From Abditibacterium sp. (lineage in GTDB: Bacteria > Armatimonadota > Abditibacteriia > Abditibacteriales > Abditibacteriaceae), in NCBI GenBank assembly GCA_965246885.1, contig OZ251992.1, forward strand, positions 1,312,001-1,376,000: a stretch of DNA of 64,000 nucleotides, given 5' to 3'. The notes below the pieces were generated by a model. The model had not been told where the DNA came from. It did no database searches and saw only the letters and a list, made by a program, of their open reading frames with translations. Made by a program: the position numbers and the translations under genes. Below, one piece after another: positions 18,058 through 26,438 of this stretch. The stretch's first letter is position 1. Every line of letters begins with the position of its first letter.

Positions 18058-19218
18058 TTATTTCTCTTCTAACTTCGCTTGCAAAAGCGCGACGGCTTTT
18101 TCAAGGCGGCGCAACTGGCGTGTCATTTCGGGGAGTTTGCGGCTGGCGGCGTTGGTTTTCATGTAATCGCGGTTGGGAACGGCGGGAGTGCCCGCGACGA
18201 ACTCGCCGGGGCCAACATCGGCCATGATGCCCGCTTTGGCGCCCAAAATGGCGCCCTTGCCGATTTTGACGTGATCGCGCAACCCCGCTTGGCCCGCCAT
18301 CATCACGTTGTCCTCGACGATGACGGAGCCGCTCAGCCCGACTTGGCCGCACAGGATGCAGTTCTTGCCGATTTGCACGTTGTGGGCGATTTGGACGAGG
18401 TTGTCTATCTTGGTTCCCTCGCCGATGCGCGTCGCGCCCATCGTCGCGCGGTCAATGCACACGTTGCAGCCGATTTCCACGTCGTCTTCAATAATGACCG
18501 TGCCGACTTGGGGGACTTTGAAGTGCTTTTGGCCGTCGAACACGTAACCGAAGCCGTCGCCGCCGACGACGCTGGATGCGTGAACGCGGACGCGGCGGCC
18601 CAACTGGACGTGGTGGCCGCACACGACGTTGGGGTAGAGCACCGATTCCTCGCCGATTTGGGCGCCGTCGCCGACGTACACGTGCGGGTAAAGGATGGCG
18701 CCGTCGCCGATGCGCGCGGCGTGGCCGACGTAGCAGAACTCGCGGATGGTGACGCCCTCGCCGATGATGGCCGAGTCCTCGATGACGGCGCTGGAATGAA
18801 CGCCGCGTTCGGGCACGCTGGCGGGTTGCATCCATTCGATGAGCTTGGCGAACGCGAGGCGCGGGTTGCCCGTCAGCACGACCGGCTTGAGTTTGGGCCG
18901 CGCGCGCTTAGTGCTTTTTTGAAGCGTTTCCAACTCTTCGCGCAGCGATTCGGGCGCGATGATGGCCGAAGCGCTCCCGGCGAAGGCGTTCTCGATCATC
19001 CGTTCGTTCTCGATGAAGGAGATGGTGCCCGCCGACGCGGTGTCCAGACCGGCGACGCCGGTGATGAGGATGCGCGAGTCGCCCAGAATTTGCGCGTTGA
19101 GCAGGCGAGCGATTTCGCCCACCGTCGCACTGCGCGGCATACCCGCCGGGGAACCCGGTGGGGCGCTACGATGATGTCCGTTTCCGTTTGAAGTGATGGG
19201 TGACGAGGCGTTCGCCAT
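18058..19218 (-). CDS. lpxD: UDP-3-O-acylglucosamine N-acyltransferase
   Basis: Hexapeptide repeats, GGDGFGY, VEIGCNVCIDRA, TKIDNLVQIAHNV. Confidence 0.95.
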   Translation of the reverse strand: MANASSPITSNGNGHHRSAPPGSPAGMPRSATVGEIARLLNAQILGDSRILITGVAGLDTASAGTISFIENERMIENAFAGSASAIIAPESLREELETLQKSTKRARPKLKPVVLTGNPRLAFAKLIEWMQPASVPERGVHSSAVIEDSAIIGEGVTIREFCYVGHAARIGDGAILYPHVYVGDGAQIGEESVLYPNVVCGHHVQLGRRVRVHASSVVGGDGFGYVFDGQKHFKVPQVGTVIIEDDVEIGCNVCIDRATMGATRIGEGTKIDNLVQIAHNVQIGKNCILCGQVGLSGSVIVEDNVMMAGQAGLRDHVKIGKGAILGAKAGIMADVGPGEFVAGTPAVPNRDYMKTNAASRKLPEMTRQLRRLEKAVALLQAKLEEK

Positions 19219-19434
19219 AGAATTGGTTCTCCCGAAGGTGACGGTGTGACGATGAAAAACTGCGGCTGTTCTCACAAGTCGGGTGGCCTATGCGCGGTTT
19301 GCGGGCCGCGCCCTGCGCAATCTTTGCAAGATTGTCCACTCTTTGACGCATCATCCGCTCAAGTGAGGCGCGTAATTTTACGGGAAGGGGCGGGCGTTTA
19401 CGCGAAAGAGGGGCGCGTTTTGACAATAAGTGTT

Positions 19435-20601
19435 TTAGCGCACTGCCAGCCGCCAGACGCTTGCCTCGTGTTCGGATGCGGTGAGCGCCGCGCCGTTGGA
19501 CGGAATTTGGCCGCGCCGCGCGAGGGTGTTGGGCGGGAGGGCAAACAGTGGCCACACGGCACCCCGTTTCACATCGCCGCCCTCTGTCATCATTTCCCGC
19601 GCGAGTGCCGCGACATCGGGCACTTCCGTTGGCGGTTGAAAAATTGCGGGCGCGACTGGCGGGCGCGACGTTGTGGAAGCGCGCAGAAAGCCTGCGAGGT
19701 TGCGTTGCACTCCCGCGAGGCGCGCGCCCGTGCGCTCGGCGTCGGCGCGTGCGATTTGAAGCAACGCGACTTCGCCTTCTTGCCGCACTTGCGCGGGCAT
19801 TTCCACCGTTGACTGAAACAAAAGGGCGTTTTGGCGGGCGGTCTCGGCGCTCCAGATTTCGCGCAGGCGCGCTTCGATGCGCGCGATTTCGCTTTGTGCT
19901 CCGGCGCGGCGCGCGGGCGTGGCCGCCAAGAGAGGCAGCAGTTGCAAGCGCAAGTTCGAAAGTTCCAGTTGTGTCGCGGGTGACACGCCCGACAAGGGTA
20001 CCGTCGGGGGCGCCGTGCGTGCCAAAAGCGCGACGCGGTCTTGCAACGCGCGGCGCTCCAGCAACCCCTCATCGGCCCGCCGCAAACTTTCGCGCGCTTG
20101 CCAACCTCGGAAAAAGGCGCGCGCCGCTCGTTCATCGGCCCCGCTCGGCAAAAGAGTTACGCCGCTCACCCGTCGCGCGGGCAAGATGAGCGCTCCACCG
20201 GGCCGCGCCGTTGGTCGCCGTGACCCGGTGAAAGGTTCCGGTAGCCAATTCGGAAGCGGAGTTAGTTGCGGCGGCGACGGAATGAGGCCGCTTTGCACTC
20301 CCGCCGCCAACGCGCGCGCCGGATCGGTGCTCCACTTCGCCGGTTGCAAGACGGCGCGGCGCGGCGGCAGGGGCGCCCGTTTGTCGCCGCTCAGCCACGC
20401 CCCAATTTGCGCGAGGCTCAGCTTTGAGAGCGCCCCGGACAGCGACGTGCTGCCTTGCACCGCCCGTGCGCGTGCCAACTCGCGCGGCGCGGGCGGCGCG
20501 GGTGTCGGCATTTCAAACGCCGTGCGCACCCCCGACACCACGCCGCATCCACCCAAGAGGGGGGCGAGCAGAAGCGAGAGGGCGAGGGGAGGGCGGGACA
20601 T
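19435..20601 (-). CDS. Hypothetical lipoprotein with coiled-coil
   Basis: Lipobox-like LLGGC after a hydrophobic stretch; helical C-terminal half; lies between a skp-like gene and lpxD. Confidence 0.6.
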   Translation of the reverse strand: MSRPPLALSLLLAPLLGGCGVVSGVRTAFEMPTPAPPAPRELARARAVQGSTSLSGALSKLSLAQIGAWLSGDKRAPLPPRRAVLQPAKWSTDPARALAAGVQSGLIPSPPQLTPLPNWLPEPFTGSRRPTARPGGALILPARRVSGVTLLPSGADERAARAFFRGWQARESLRRADEGLLERRALQDRVALLARTAPPTVPLSGVSPATQLELSNLRLQLLPLLAATPARRAGAQSEIARIEARLREIWSAETARQNALLFQSTVEMPAQVRQEGEVALLQIARADAERTGARLAGVQRNLAGFLRASTTSRPPVAPAIFQPPTEVPDVAALAREMMTEGGDVKRGAVWPLFALPPNTLARRGQIPSNGAALTASEHEASVWRLAVR

Positions 20602-20605
20602 AGCT

Positions 20606-21265
20606 CTACCTGTTCAGCAGGTTCAGCACGTCGGCGGTAACGTCTACGGAATCGGAGGAGTAGATGAGCGCCTTTTTGCGGATGATCATGGACAGCTTGC
20701 GGTTTTGGGCCACCTGCGCGACGACGGAGTTCGCTTGGTTGGTGTAGAACTTGTCGGTGTCGTCCTGTTGCCCGCGCACCAGTTGGAGCAGTTGGTCGGA
20801 CAGGGCGCTCAGAGCGGCGCGGTTTGCCGTGGCGTAGGTTTGCAAAATGGTCATGCGCGCTTGGTCGGCGTCATTGCGATTGGCTCGTCCGACCAGCCCC
20901 TGATACTCGGCGCGGCGGTCGAGACCCGTTTTGACAAGCGCGGCGAGCGCGGGGTTGGCGGGCGCCGTCGGCTCGATGCTTTTGGTGATGCCCGCGTCGA
21001 AGGTTTTCGCCTCGCTGTCGGTCAAAAACTCGCGCGCCGGGATTTTGTCGTCCAACTCCTTGGCGCGCCGGTCAATGGCGGCGACGGCGTCGGCGTATTT
21101 CTTGAAGTTCTCGGCCAGTTTGTCTTCGTCCACCACGCCAATAGTCATGGCCTGAGCGTGGGCAGGGGTCGGGCGGGCAACGGCGAGGGTGCCAAAAAGG
21201 GACACGGCGAGCAGAGCGCGGGTGAGCGGGGCGCGAAAGCGGTTGAAAGCGAGAAGCGAATTCAT
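20606..21265 (-). CDS. OmpH/Skp-like periplasmic chaperone
   Basis: Signal peptide AHA, TIGVVD, coiled coil, VAQNRKLSMII...VDVTADVLNLLN; near lpxD. Confidence 0.8.
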   Translation of the reverse strand: MNSLLAFNRFRAPLTRALLAVSLFGTLAVARPTPAHAQAMTIGVVDEDKLAENFKKYADAVAAIDRRAKELDDKIPAREFLTDSEAKTFDAGITKSIEPTAPANPALAALVKTGLDRRAEYQGLVGRANRNDADQARMTILQTYATANRAALSALSDQLLQLVRGQQDDTDKFYTNQANSVVAQVAQNRKLSMIIRKKALIYSSDSVDVTADVLNLLNR

Positions 21266-21321
21266 TTTACAGAGCCTTCGACAAAGGCGAGCGCAAAACG
21301 ACGCGCGGGAATTGCCCTCGT

Positions 21322-22284
21322 TCACTCCGAAGTTAAGAACCCTTCACTCCGCATCCACGCGACGAACGCCCGCAGCCCTTCTTCCAACCCGACGCGCGGC
21401 GCCCAACCGAGCAAGCGCGCCGCTTTTTGGATGTCGGCCCACGTCGCGGGCGGCTCCGAAGTCGGGGCGGGAGCCGTTTCGATGAGGGCGCGGCGCCCGA
21501 TACACACTTCGAGTATCGCCACAAAGCGCGCGTTTTCGACCGGAGCGCCGCCGCCGAGGTTGAGAATCTCCCACTCGAACGGCGTATCCAATGCCGCGAC
21601 GAAGCCGCGCACGATGTTGTCAATATACGTCCAGTCGCGCCGCAACGTGCCGCCGTCGTAGAGCGTGATTGGCTCGCCGCGCGCTATCTTTTGTGCCCAC
21701 TGCCAAGGCATCATGTCGGGGCGACCGTGCGGGCCATAAACATTAAAGAAGCGCAGAATCGTCGTTGGCAGCCCGTAGGAGTGCGCGAACGCGAAGGCAA
21801 ACAGTTCCATCGCCCGCTTGCTCGCCGGGTAGGGCGCGAGTGGGCGGACGGCGGGCGCGTCCTCGTGAAAGGGCAGGGGAGTATCGCTCCCGTAGACCGA
21901 ACCCGTCGAAGCCAACACGCAGCGCGGGCGCGAAGTCTGCCGCGCCGCGTCGAGAATGTGCGCCGTCCCCTGCACGTTCACACTGCCATAAAGGAGCGGG
22001 TTCGCAACGGAGTAGCGCACCGCCGCCATCGCCGCGACGTGCGCGACGGCCTCGAACTCGTTAGCCGCGAACAACGCCAAAACCCCATCCGCGTCGCGCA
22101 TATCCATCTCGACCAAGCGGAAGTTCGGGTGATGCAAGAGGTCGCGCAAGTGCAACTCCTTGAGCGACCGCGCGTAATAGGGGTCGAACGAATCCAGCCC
22201 CACGACGGAATCGCCGCGCTCCAATAGCGCCCGCGCCAGCCGCGACCCGATAAACCCGGCAGCGCCGGTGACTAAAACTTGCAC
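21322..22284 (-). CDS. NAD-dependent epimerase/dehydratase (UDP-glucuronate 4-epimerase-like)
   Basis: VTGAAGFIG, AAMAAVRYS, YPASK, LRFFNVYGPHGRPDM. Confidence 0.9.
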   Translation of the reverse strand: MQVLVTGAAGFIGSRLARALLERGDSVVGLDSFDPYYARSLKELHLRDLLHHPNFRLVEMDMRDADGVLALFAANEFEAVAHVAAMAAVRYSVANPLLYGSVNVQGTAHILDAARQTSRPRCVLASTGSVYGSDTPLPFHEDAPAVRPLAPYPASKRAMELFAFAFAHSYGLPTTILRFFNVYGPHGRPDMMPWQWAQKIARGEPITLYDGGTLRRDWTYIDNIVRGFVAALDTPFEWEILNLGGGAPVENARFVAILEVCIGRRALIETAPAPTSEPPATWADIQKAARLLGWAPRVGLEEGLRAFVAWMRSEGFLTSE

Positions 22285-22371
22285 GACCTTAATTTACGCG
22301 GCGGCGCCGTGAACCCGCATCGGCCCCCCATTGGCACACTGTCCCCCGCGCCCACGCGCCCTAAAACCATC

Positions 22372-22878
22372 ATGGCCACAGTCACTTTACACGGCAATCC
22401 GCTCGAAACGGTCGGCAACCTTCCTTCCGTCGGCGACCAAGCGCCCGCTTTTGAACTCGTCGCAAACGATATGTCGGTCGTTCATTTGTCCGACTCCAAC
22501 GGCAAAATCCGCATTCTGTCGGTCGTGCCTTCCATTGACACGCCCGTCTGTTCCATTCAAACCGCGCGCTTTAACCGCGACCTCGACACTCTCCCCGATT
22601 CCGTCGTCGGCTACACCATTTCCGTAGACACCCCGATGGCCCAAGCCCGCTATTGCGGGACGGAGGGCGTCGAGAAAATGAAGCTGCTTTCCGACTACAA
22701 AGGCAACACCTTCGGCCACGACTACGGCCTCTATCTCCAAGGCCCCGGCCTCCTCGCCCGCTCCGTCTTCATCGTGGACAAGGACGGCAAAATCGCCTAC
22801 TCCCAACTCGTCCCCGAAATCGCCCAAGAGCCCAACTACGAGGAAGTGCTGGCCAAGGCGCGCGAATTGGCGGGGTGA
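22372..22878 (+). CDS. tpx: Thiol peroxidase
   Basis: VPSIDTPVCSIQT, ISVDTPMAQARYC, EIAQEPNY. Confidence 0.93.
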   Translation: MATVTLHGNPLETVGNLPSVGDQAPAFELVANDMSVVHLSDSNGKIRILSVVPSIDTPVCSIQTARFNRDLDTLPDSVVGYTISVDTPMAQARYCGTEGVEKMKLLSDYKGNTFGHDYGLYLQGPGLLARSVFIVDKDGKIAYSQLVPEIAQEPNYEEVLAKARELAG

Positions 22879-22908
22879 TGGTAATCGGAGATAGAGGATG
22901 TGTTCTGG

Positions 22909-23050
22909 GGTGTTCGGGGATATAAAATCCCCGGCATCCGGCTTCGCCAAGCGTTCTCCGAACGCGGGGTACAGGTGAGGCCTACTATGCAGCGCGTCCT
23001 GCCGGACGCTTGGCGAAGCCGGATGCCGGGGATTTTATATCCCCGAACAC
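22909..23050. repeat. REPIN family A copy 2, left flank of the Y1 transposase
   Basis: GTGTTCGGGGATATAAAATCCCCGGCATCCGGCTTCGCCAAGCGT followed by its reverse complement. Confidence 0.9.
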
Positions 23051-23091
23051 ATTCCCTCCAACCTATCCTTGAACACATCCCCCAACCTCCC

Positions 23092-23577
23092 CTAAAACGG
23101 CGCCTCATCCGGTGCATCGGGATAGATAAACGGCGAGTTCGGATTCTCGAAGTCCAAATCCTCGACCGAAGGCCACAATTTCCCCGCCGCGTGTCGCGCC
23201 TTTTGCTTTTTGATGTAGTGCGTCACCGTTTGCAAGTCGCTTCGGCTCACGCTGAAGGCGGCGTAGTTGTTTTGCCAGCCGTCGGCATTGCCGTTCGTGA
23301 GGTCGCGCGCAAGAGTGGAGGACGTGCCTTTGACGGCCTTCATCAACTCCGCGAGAGTGGTCGTCGCATTGAAACGCACCAAAGCGTGAACATGGTCTTC
23401 CAAGCCGTTGACGGCCCACAAGCGGCAGCCGAATCGCGAAACTTCCTGTCCGACGCAGCGATAAATGGGTTCTTCCAGCGCAGGCGAAAGCCAAAGTTGG
23501 CGCTTGTTCGTCGCCCAGACGAAGTGGATGAACACATCAATGCGACTACGCGACCGCGACGACGAGGAAGGGAGCAT
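23092..23577 (-). mobile_element. tnpA: IS200-like Y1 HUH transposase, probably a REP-associated tyrosine transposase (RAYT)
   Basis: IHFVWATNKR, EDHVHALV (HUH), KGTSS, WQNNYAAFSVS, YIKKQ (catalytic Tyr); flanked on both sides by REP hairpins; no tnpB. Confidence 0.88.
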
Positions 23578-23645
23578 GGGGGGAGTTTGCTCGTTCTTTT
23601 TGGGTTGGGGAATGAGGTTGGGGAGTGTGTTCGGGGATTGGCCAT

Positions 23646-23786
23646 CGGGGATATAAAATCCCCGGCATCCGGGCGCAAGCGCCCAAGCGTCCTACCGGAC
23701 GCGCTGCATAGTGGCGCGTCACTTGGCACCGCGTTCGGAGAACGCTTGGTGAAGCCGGTTGCCGGGGATTTTATATCCCCGAACAC
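23646..23786. repeat. REPIN family A copy 3, right flank of the Y1 transposase
   Basis: CGGGGATATAAAATCCCCGGCATCCGG ... CCGGTTGCCGGGGATTTTATATCCCCGAACAC. Confidence 0.9.
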
Positions 23787-23828
23787 AGTCCCAGAAGCCC
23801 CAATGATAAATCCAGAAATCTCCACTCC

Positions 23829-24473
23829 TCACGGCACCGACAGGTAAATCGGGTCGCTCCAGGCGCCCAGGTTGTCTTTTCCGGCGCCGACGGCGGCGAC
23901 TCGCACCCAGACGCGCTGCATTGAGGGCAGGTTTTGGAGTTCGGTTTTGGAAGCGGTGGCGGGCATGGCGTAGTTCCACATGGCGTCCACTGCGGGCTGC
24001 GTCATGCCCACGAAGAATTGCACAACATACGAGTTGCGTCCGACGACGGGCGTCCAGTGGGCGTCTACGGCGCCGGGATGGTCGCCGGGAGAGAGTTGCA
24101 AACCCAGAACTTGCGGCATTTTGATGACGGCGTGCGAGGTCGAGGCGAGTTCAAAGCCAATGGCCGTCGCCGCCGTGCCGCCATCGGTAGGCATTTTGGC
24201 TTGGATGTAGTCGGCAGACGCGGCAATCTCGGCGTCGAACCCCGCTTTGGCTTGGTCGCGCGCAATGGTCAGCCCCGGTATCGAGTTCATCGCGGTATCG
24301 AGCGCCGCCTGTTTCGTGCCCAACGCCATCGTCGCCGCTTGAATGGCCTGCACCTGCGCGGTGTTGCCCGCCACAGTCGAAGCCGTCCACCCCGACATGA
24401 GCTTCGCCCCCATTTGCAAGCGTTGGGCGATTGTCGCATTTCCTAAAGCAAGTTTGATTTTGTAGTTGGCCAT
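23829..24473 (-). CDS. Hypothetical protein with a helical N-terminus and C-terminal fibronectin type III-like domain
   Basis: VDAHWTPV...SYVVQ...LQNLPS...VWVRVAAVGAG...GAWSDP FN3 pattern. Confidence 0.75.
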   Translation of the reverse strand: MANYKIKLALGNATIAQRLQMGAKLMSGWTASTVAGNTAQVQAIQAATMALGTKQAALDTAMNSIPGLTIARDQAKAGFDAEIAASADYIQAKMPTDGGTAATAIGFELASTSHAVIKMPQVLGLQLSPGDHPGAVDAHWTPVVGRNSYVVQFFVGMTQPAVDAMWNYAMPATASKTELQNLPSMQRVWVRVAAVGAGKDNLGAWSDPIYLSVP

Positions 24474-24519
24474 AATTGTCTCTTTGCTCCTTGCGCCGCC
24501 CCTTTTTGGAGTCCAAGCG

Positions 24520-24750
24520 AGCCGCTTGTATTTTAACAAGACCCTCGCGTGGAACAAGAATCGGCGGTCATTGACCAAGAACCGCCGATTCTCTTTCAAG
24601 GAGAGGGTCTTCTCGATAAAGGAGTGCCAATCCTTGTTTGACAAGAGCCAATTCTTGGTTCATAATCGCCGATTATAAACCAAGAATCGCCGATTCTCGA
24701 CCAAGGCGAGCCAATTCTCTTTGGAGGAAAGGGGCTTCTCGGCCAAATCC
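24520..24750. repeat. Degenerate 21-bp period tandem repeat
   Basis: Recurrent CAAGAATCGCCGATTCTC-like units at about 21-nt spacing upstream of the FN3 gene. Confidence 0.6.
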
Positions 24751-24799
24751 ACGCTCATTTCCCCGCCGCCCGCCCAAAATCATGCTCGCCAGACGAGGA

Positions 24800-24831
24800 A
24801 AAACCCCGGCTTCGCGGGAAGTCGGGGTTTT
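24800..24831. terminator. Intrinsic (bidirectional-type) terminator
   Basis: AAAACCCCGGCTTC-GCGG-GAAGTCGGGGTTTT. Confidence 0.7.
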
Positions 24832-24889
24832 GAACGGGAGACACGAGCGAAACGGCGGCGCTGTAGGCAGTAGGGTGTAGCGCCACTTG

Positions 24890-25381
24890 CTACCGGCTCA
24901 TCATAAGGTCATCTATTCGCCTTTGCTTGGCTGCTATGTCGTTGCTGAAGTGTTCCACGTTATCACGAGCGAACATTTCTGCCGTTTCATCATGACCAAC
25001 GCCATCAGTTCGCTCCCGTGCCTGTCGCTCACTTTTGAGCCGTTCGTAACGCTCCTGTGCGTCGCTCTTCTTGCTTTCCAACTCCCGAATTTCGGAGCGA
25101 AGTTCCGCTACTTGAGATTGACGCCTTGATGTATCAGCCGCTTGTTCTTGCTCGTTGCGTCCTCCCTGAGAGGGCGGCTTAACAACAGGCGAAGAGCTAT
25201 CCGGCGTTTGAGATGCCTGCGGGGAGGGTGCTTGGAGAACAGGGGCCGCAACTGTTGCCACAACTTGAGGTTGAGCGGTGTTAGTCGGCAGCACTACTGC
25301 GGTTGTTGCGGGGGTTGTGTCAGGACTCGAAGAACAGCCACCCAAGCATAACGCACCCGCGACAAGCCATATTGTTTTCAT
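24890..25381 (-). CDS. Hypothetical lipoprotein with coiled coil; probable integron gene cassette 2
   Basis: LCLGGC lipobox, Pro/Ser/Thr linker, coiled coil; lower GC; begins just after the attC R' box. Confidence 0.7.
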   Translation of the reverse strand: MKTIWLVAGALCLGGCSSSPDTTPATTAVVLPTNTAQPQVVATVAAPVLQAPSPQASQTPDSSSPVVKPPSQGGRNEQEQAADTSRRQSQVAELRSEIRELESKKSDAQERYERLKSERQARERTDGVGHDETAEMFARDNVEHFSNDIAAKQRRIDDLMMSR

Positions 25382-25423
25382 GTGTGTTCCCATTATAGCA
25401 CGCGACTCAAGCCGCGCGCGACT

Positions 25424-25510
25424 GCACAACGACTAAGCGCACCCGCCGCCGGAAGCGGAAGCGAGGAATGAGCGAAGCTGTAGGCGGTCGGGCGCAGCGC
25501 CTTGTTCTGT
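25424..25510 (-). mobile_element. Integron attC recombination site (87 bp)
   Basis: Minus strand ACAGAAC-AAGGCGCTGCGCCCGACCGCC...GGCGGCGGGTGCGCTTAGTC-GTTGTGC: AAC...GTT R boxes and an imperfect L-box palindrome with unpaired bases, 12 nt after a stop codon. Confidence 0.78.
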
Positions 25511-25522
25511 CGCTGTTGGGAC

Positions 25523-26212
25523 TTACGGAGCGAAGAAATTCTCCAAAGTTTGGCTACACATTTCGTTGTAAAGCTTTAAGCATTTACAACTGTCTCTACA
25601 AACTCTCGCTTCAATATGCGCGTCAGCCAATCCAGCAACCCGCGCAGATGCTCGCAAAGCGCCAACTGCTTGGCTGTAAGCATCAACACCACGAATGGTT
25701 TGACTAGGATTATCAATGATGATTTTCCGGAGAAACGGCTGAAGACGCAGCAAACCGCCTACGTGCCTTAGAACAAACGTTTTGTCAAAGTTGCCTTTTT
25801 GGTAGTTCGTGCTGAACTCATCAACAGTAGCGAACCAACGGTCGGCAGCCTTATCTTCATCCTTCCAGTTTTGCGGATTGCTCTTTGTAACCCATAACGA
25901 TGGTAGCCAATCCTGCGACAGCAACCCAATATCAAACTCAAAAAGAACTGGGCCATAATAATTTCTGCGTCGCGCCCGGTTGTGAATGTCAACCCCGTCC
26001 AAAAACAAGTCATACCAAATACCGTATCTTTTATCCAAATCATCCGTTTGCTGAGGAGTTTGAGCCAAGCCACGCTCATCCACAATCCCTCGTGCCATTA
26101 GATGCCCATGATGCAAAAAAGCACAGGCAGTTCGAACCGTATTGGCATGATACAGAGTATCCACGCCCTTTGCTCTCAAAACTTGGAGGAAAGCCTTTGC
26201 ATTAAGTTCCAT
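25523..26212 (-). CDS. Low-GC hypothetical protein, possible DarT-like ADP-ribosyltransferase fold; integron cassette 1
   Basis: 229 aa; LYHANTVRTACAFLHHGHLMARG resembles the YHxT...I..G.L.SR start of ART/DarT-like proteins; YGPVLFEFD. Confidence 0.65.
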   Translation of the reverse strand: MELNAKAFLQVLRAKGVDTLYHANTVRTACAFLHHGHLMARGIVDERGLAQTPQQTDDLDKRYGIWYDLFLDGVDIHNRARRRNYYGPVLFEFDIGLLSQDWLPSLWVTKSNPQNWKDEDKAADRWFATVDEFSTNYQKGNFDKTFVLRHVGGLLRLQPFLRKIIIDNPSQTIRGVDAYSQAVGALRASARVAGLADAHIEARVCRDSCKCLKLYNEMCSQTLENFFAP

Positions 26213-26438
26213 CGTAAACCTCTCAACGACAACTATAACACACTGTGCTCACGACAACGCCGCGCGCAGCGACAGAACAATGGTCTTATGCCCCAAATCA
26301 AGCCGCTTTTGCGGTATAAGACCGAACTACGATCAGGATTTTACCGCAGATTATCTGCATTGACAAAGCGCGGTGAAACTCCGAGAATCATGGCTTTTTA
26401 CCGCTCTGTTCAAACATAAGACGGTGGGCATTCGCCTC

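Noticed and set aside
23092..23577. IS605-type element with TnpB/omega RNA
   Set aside because: No tnpB is adjacent; the flanks are REP hairpins.
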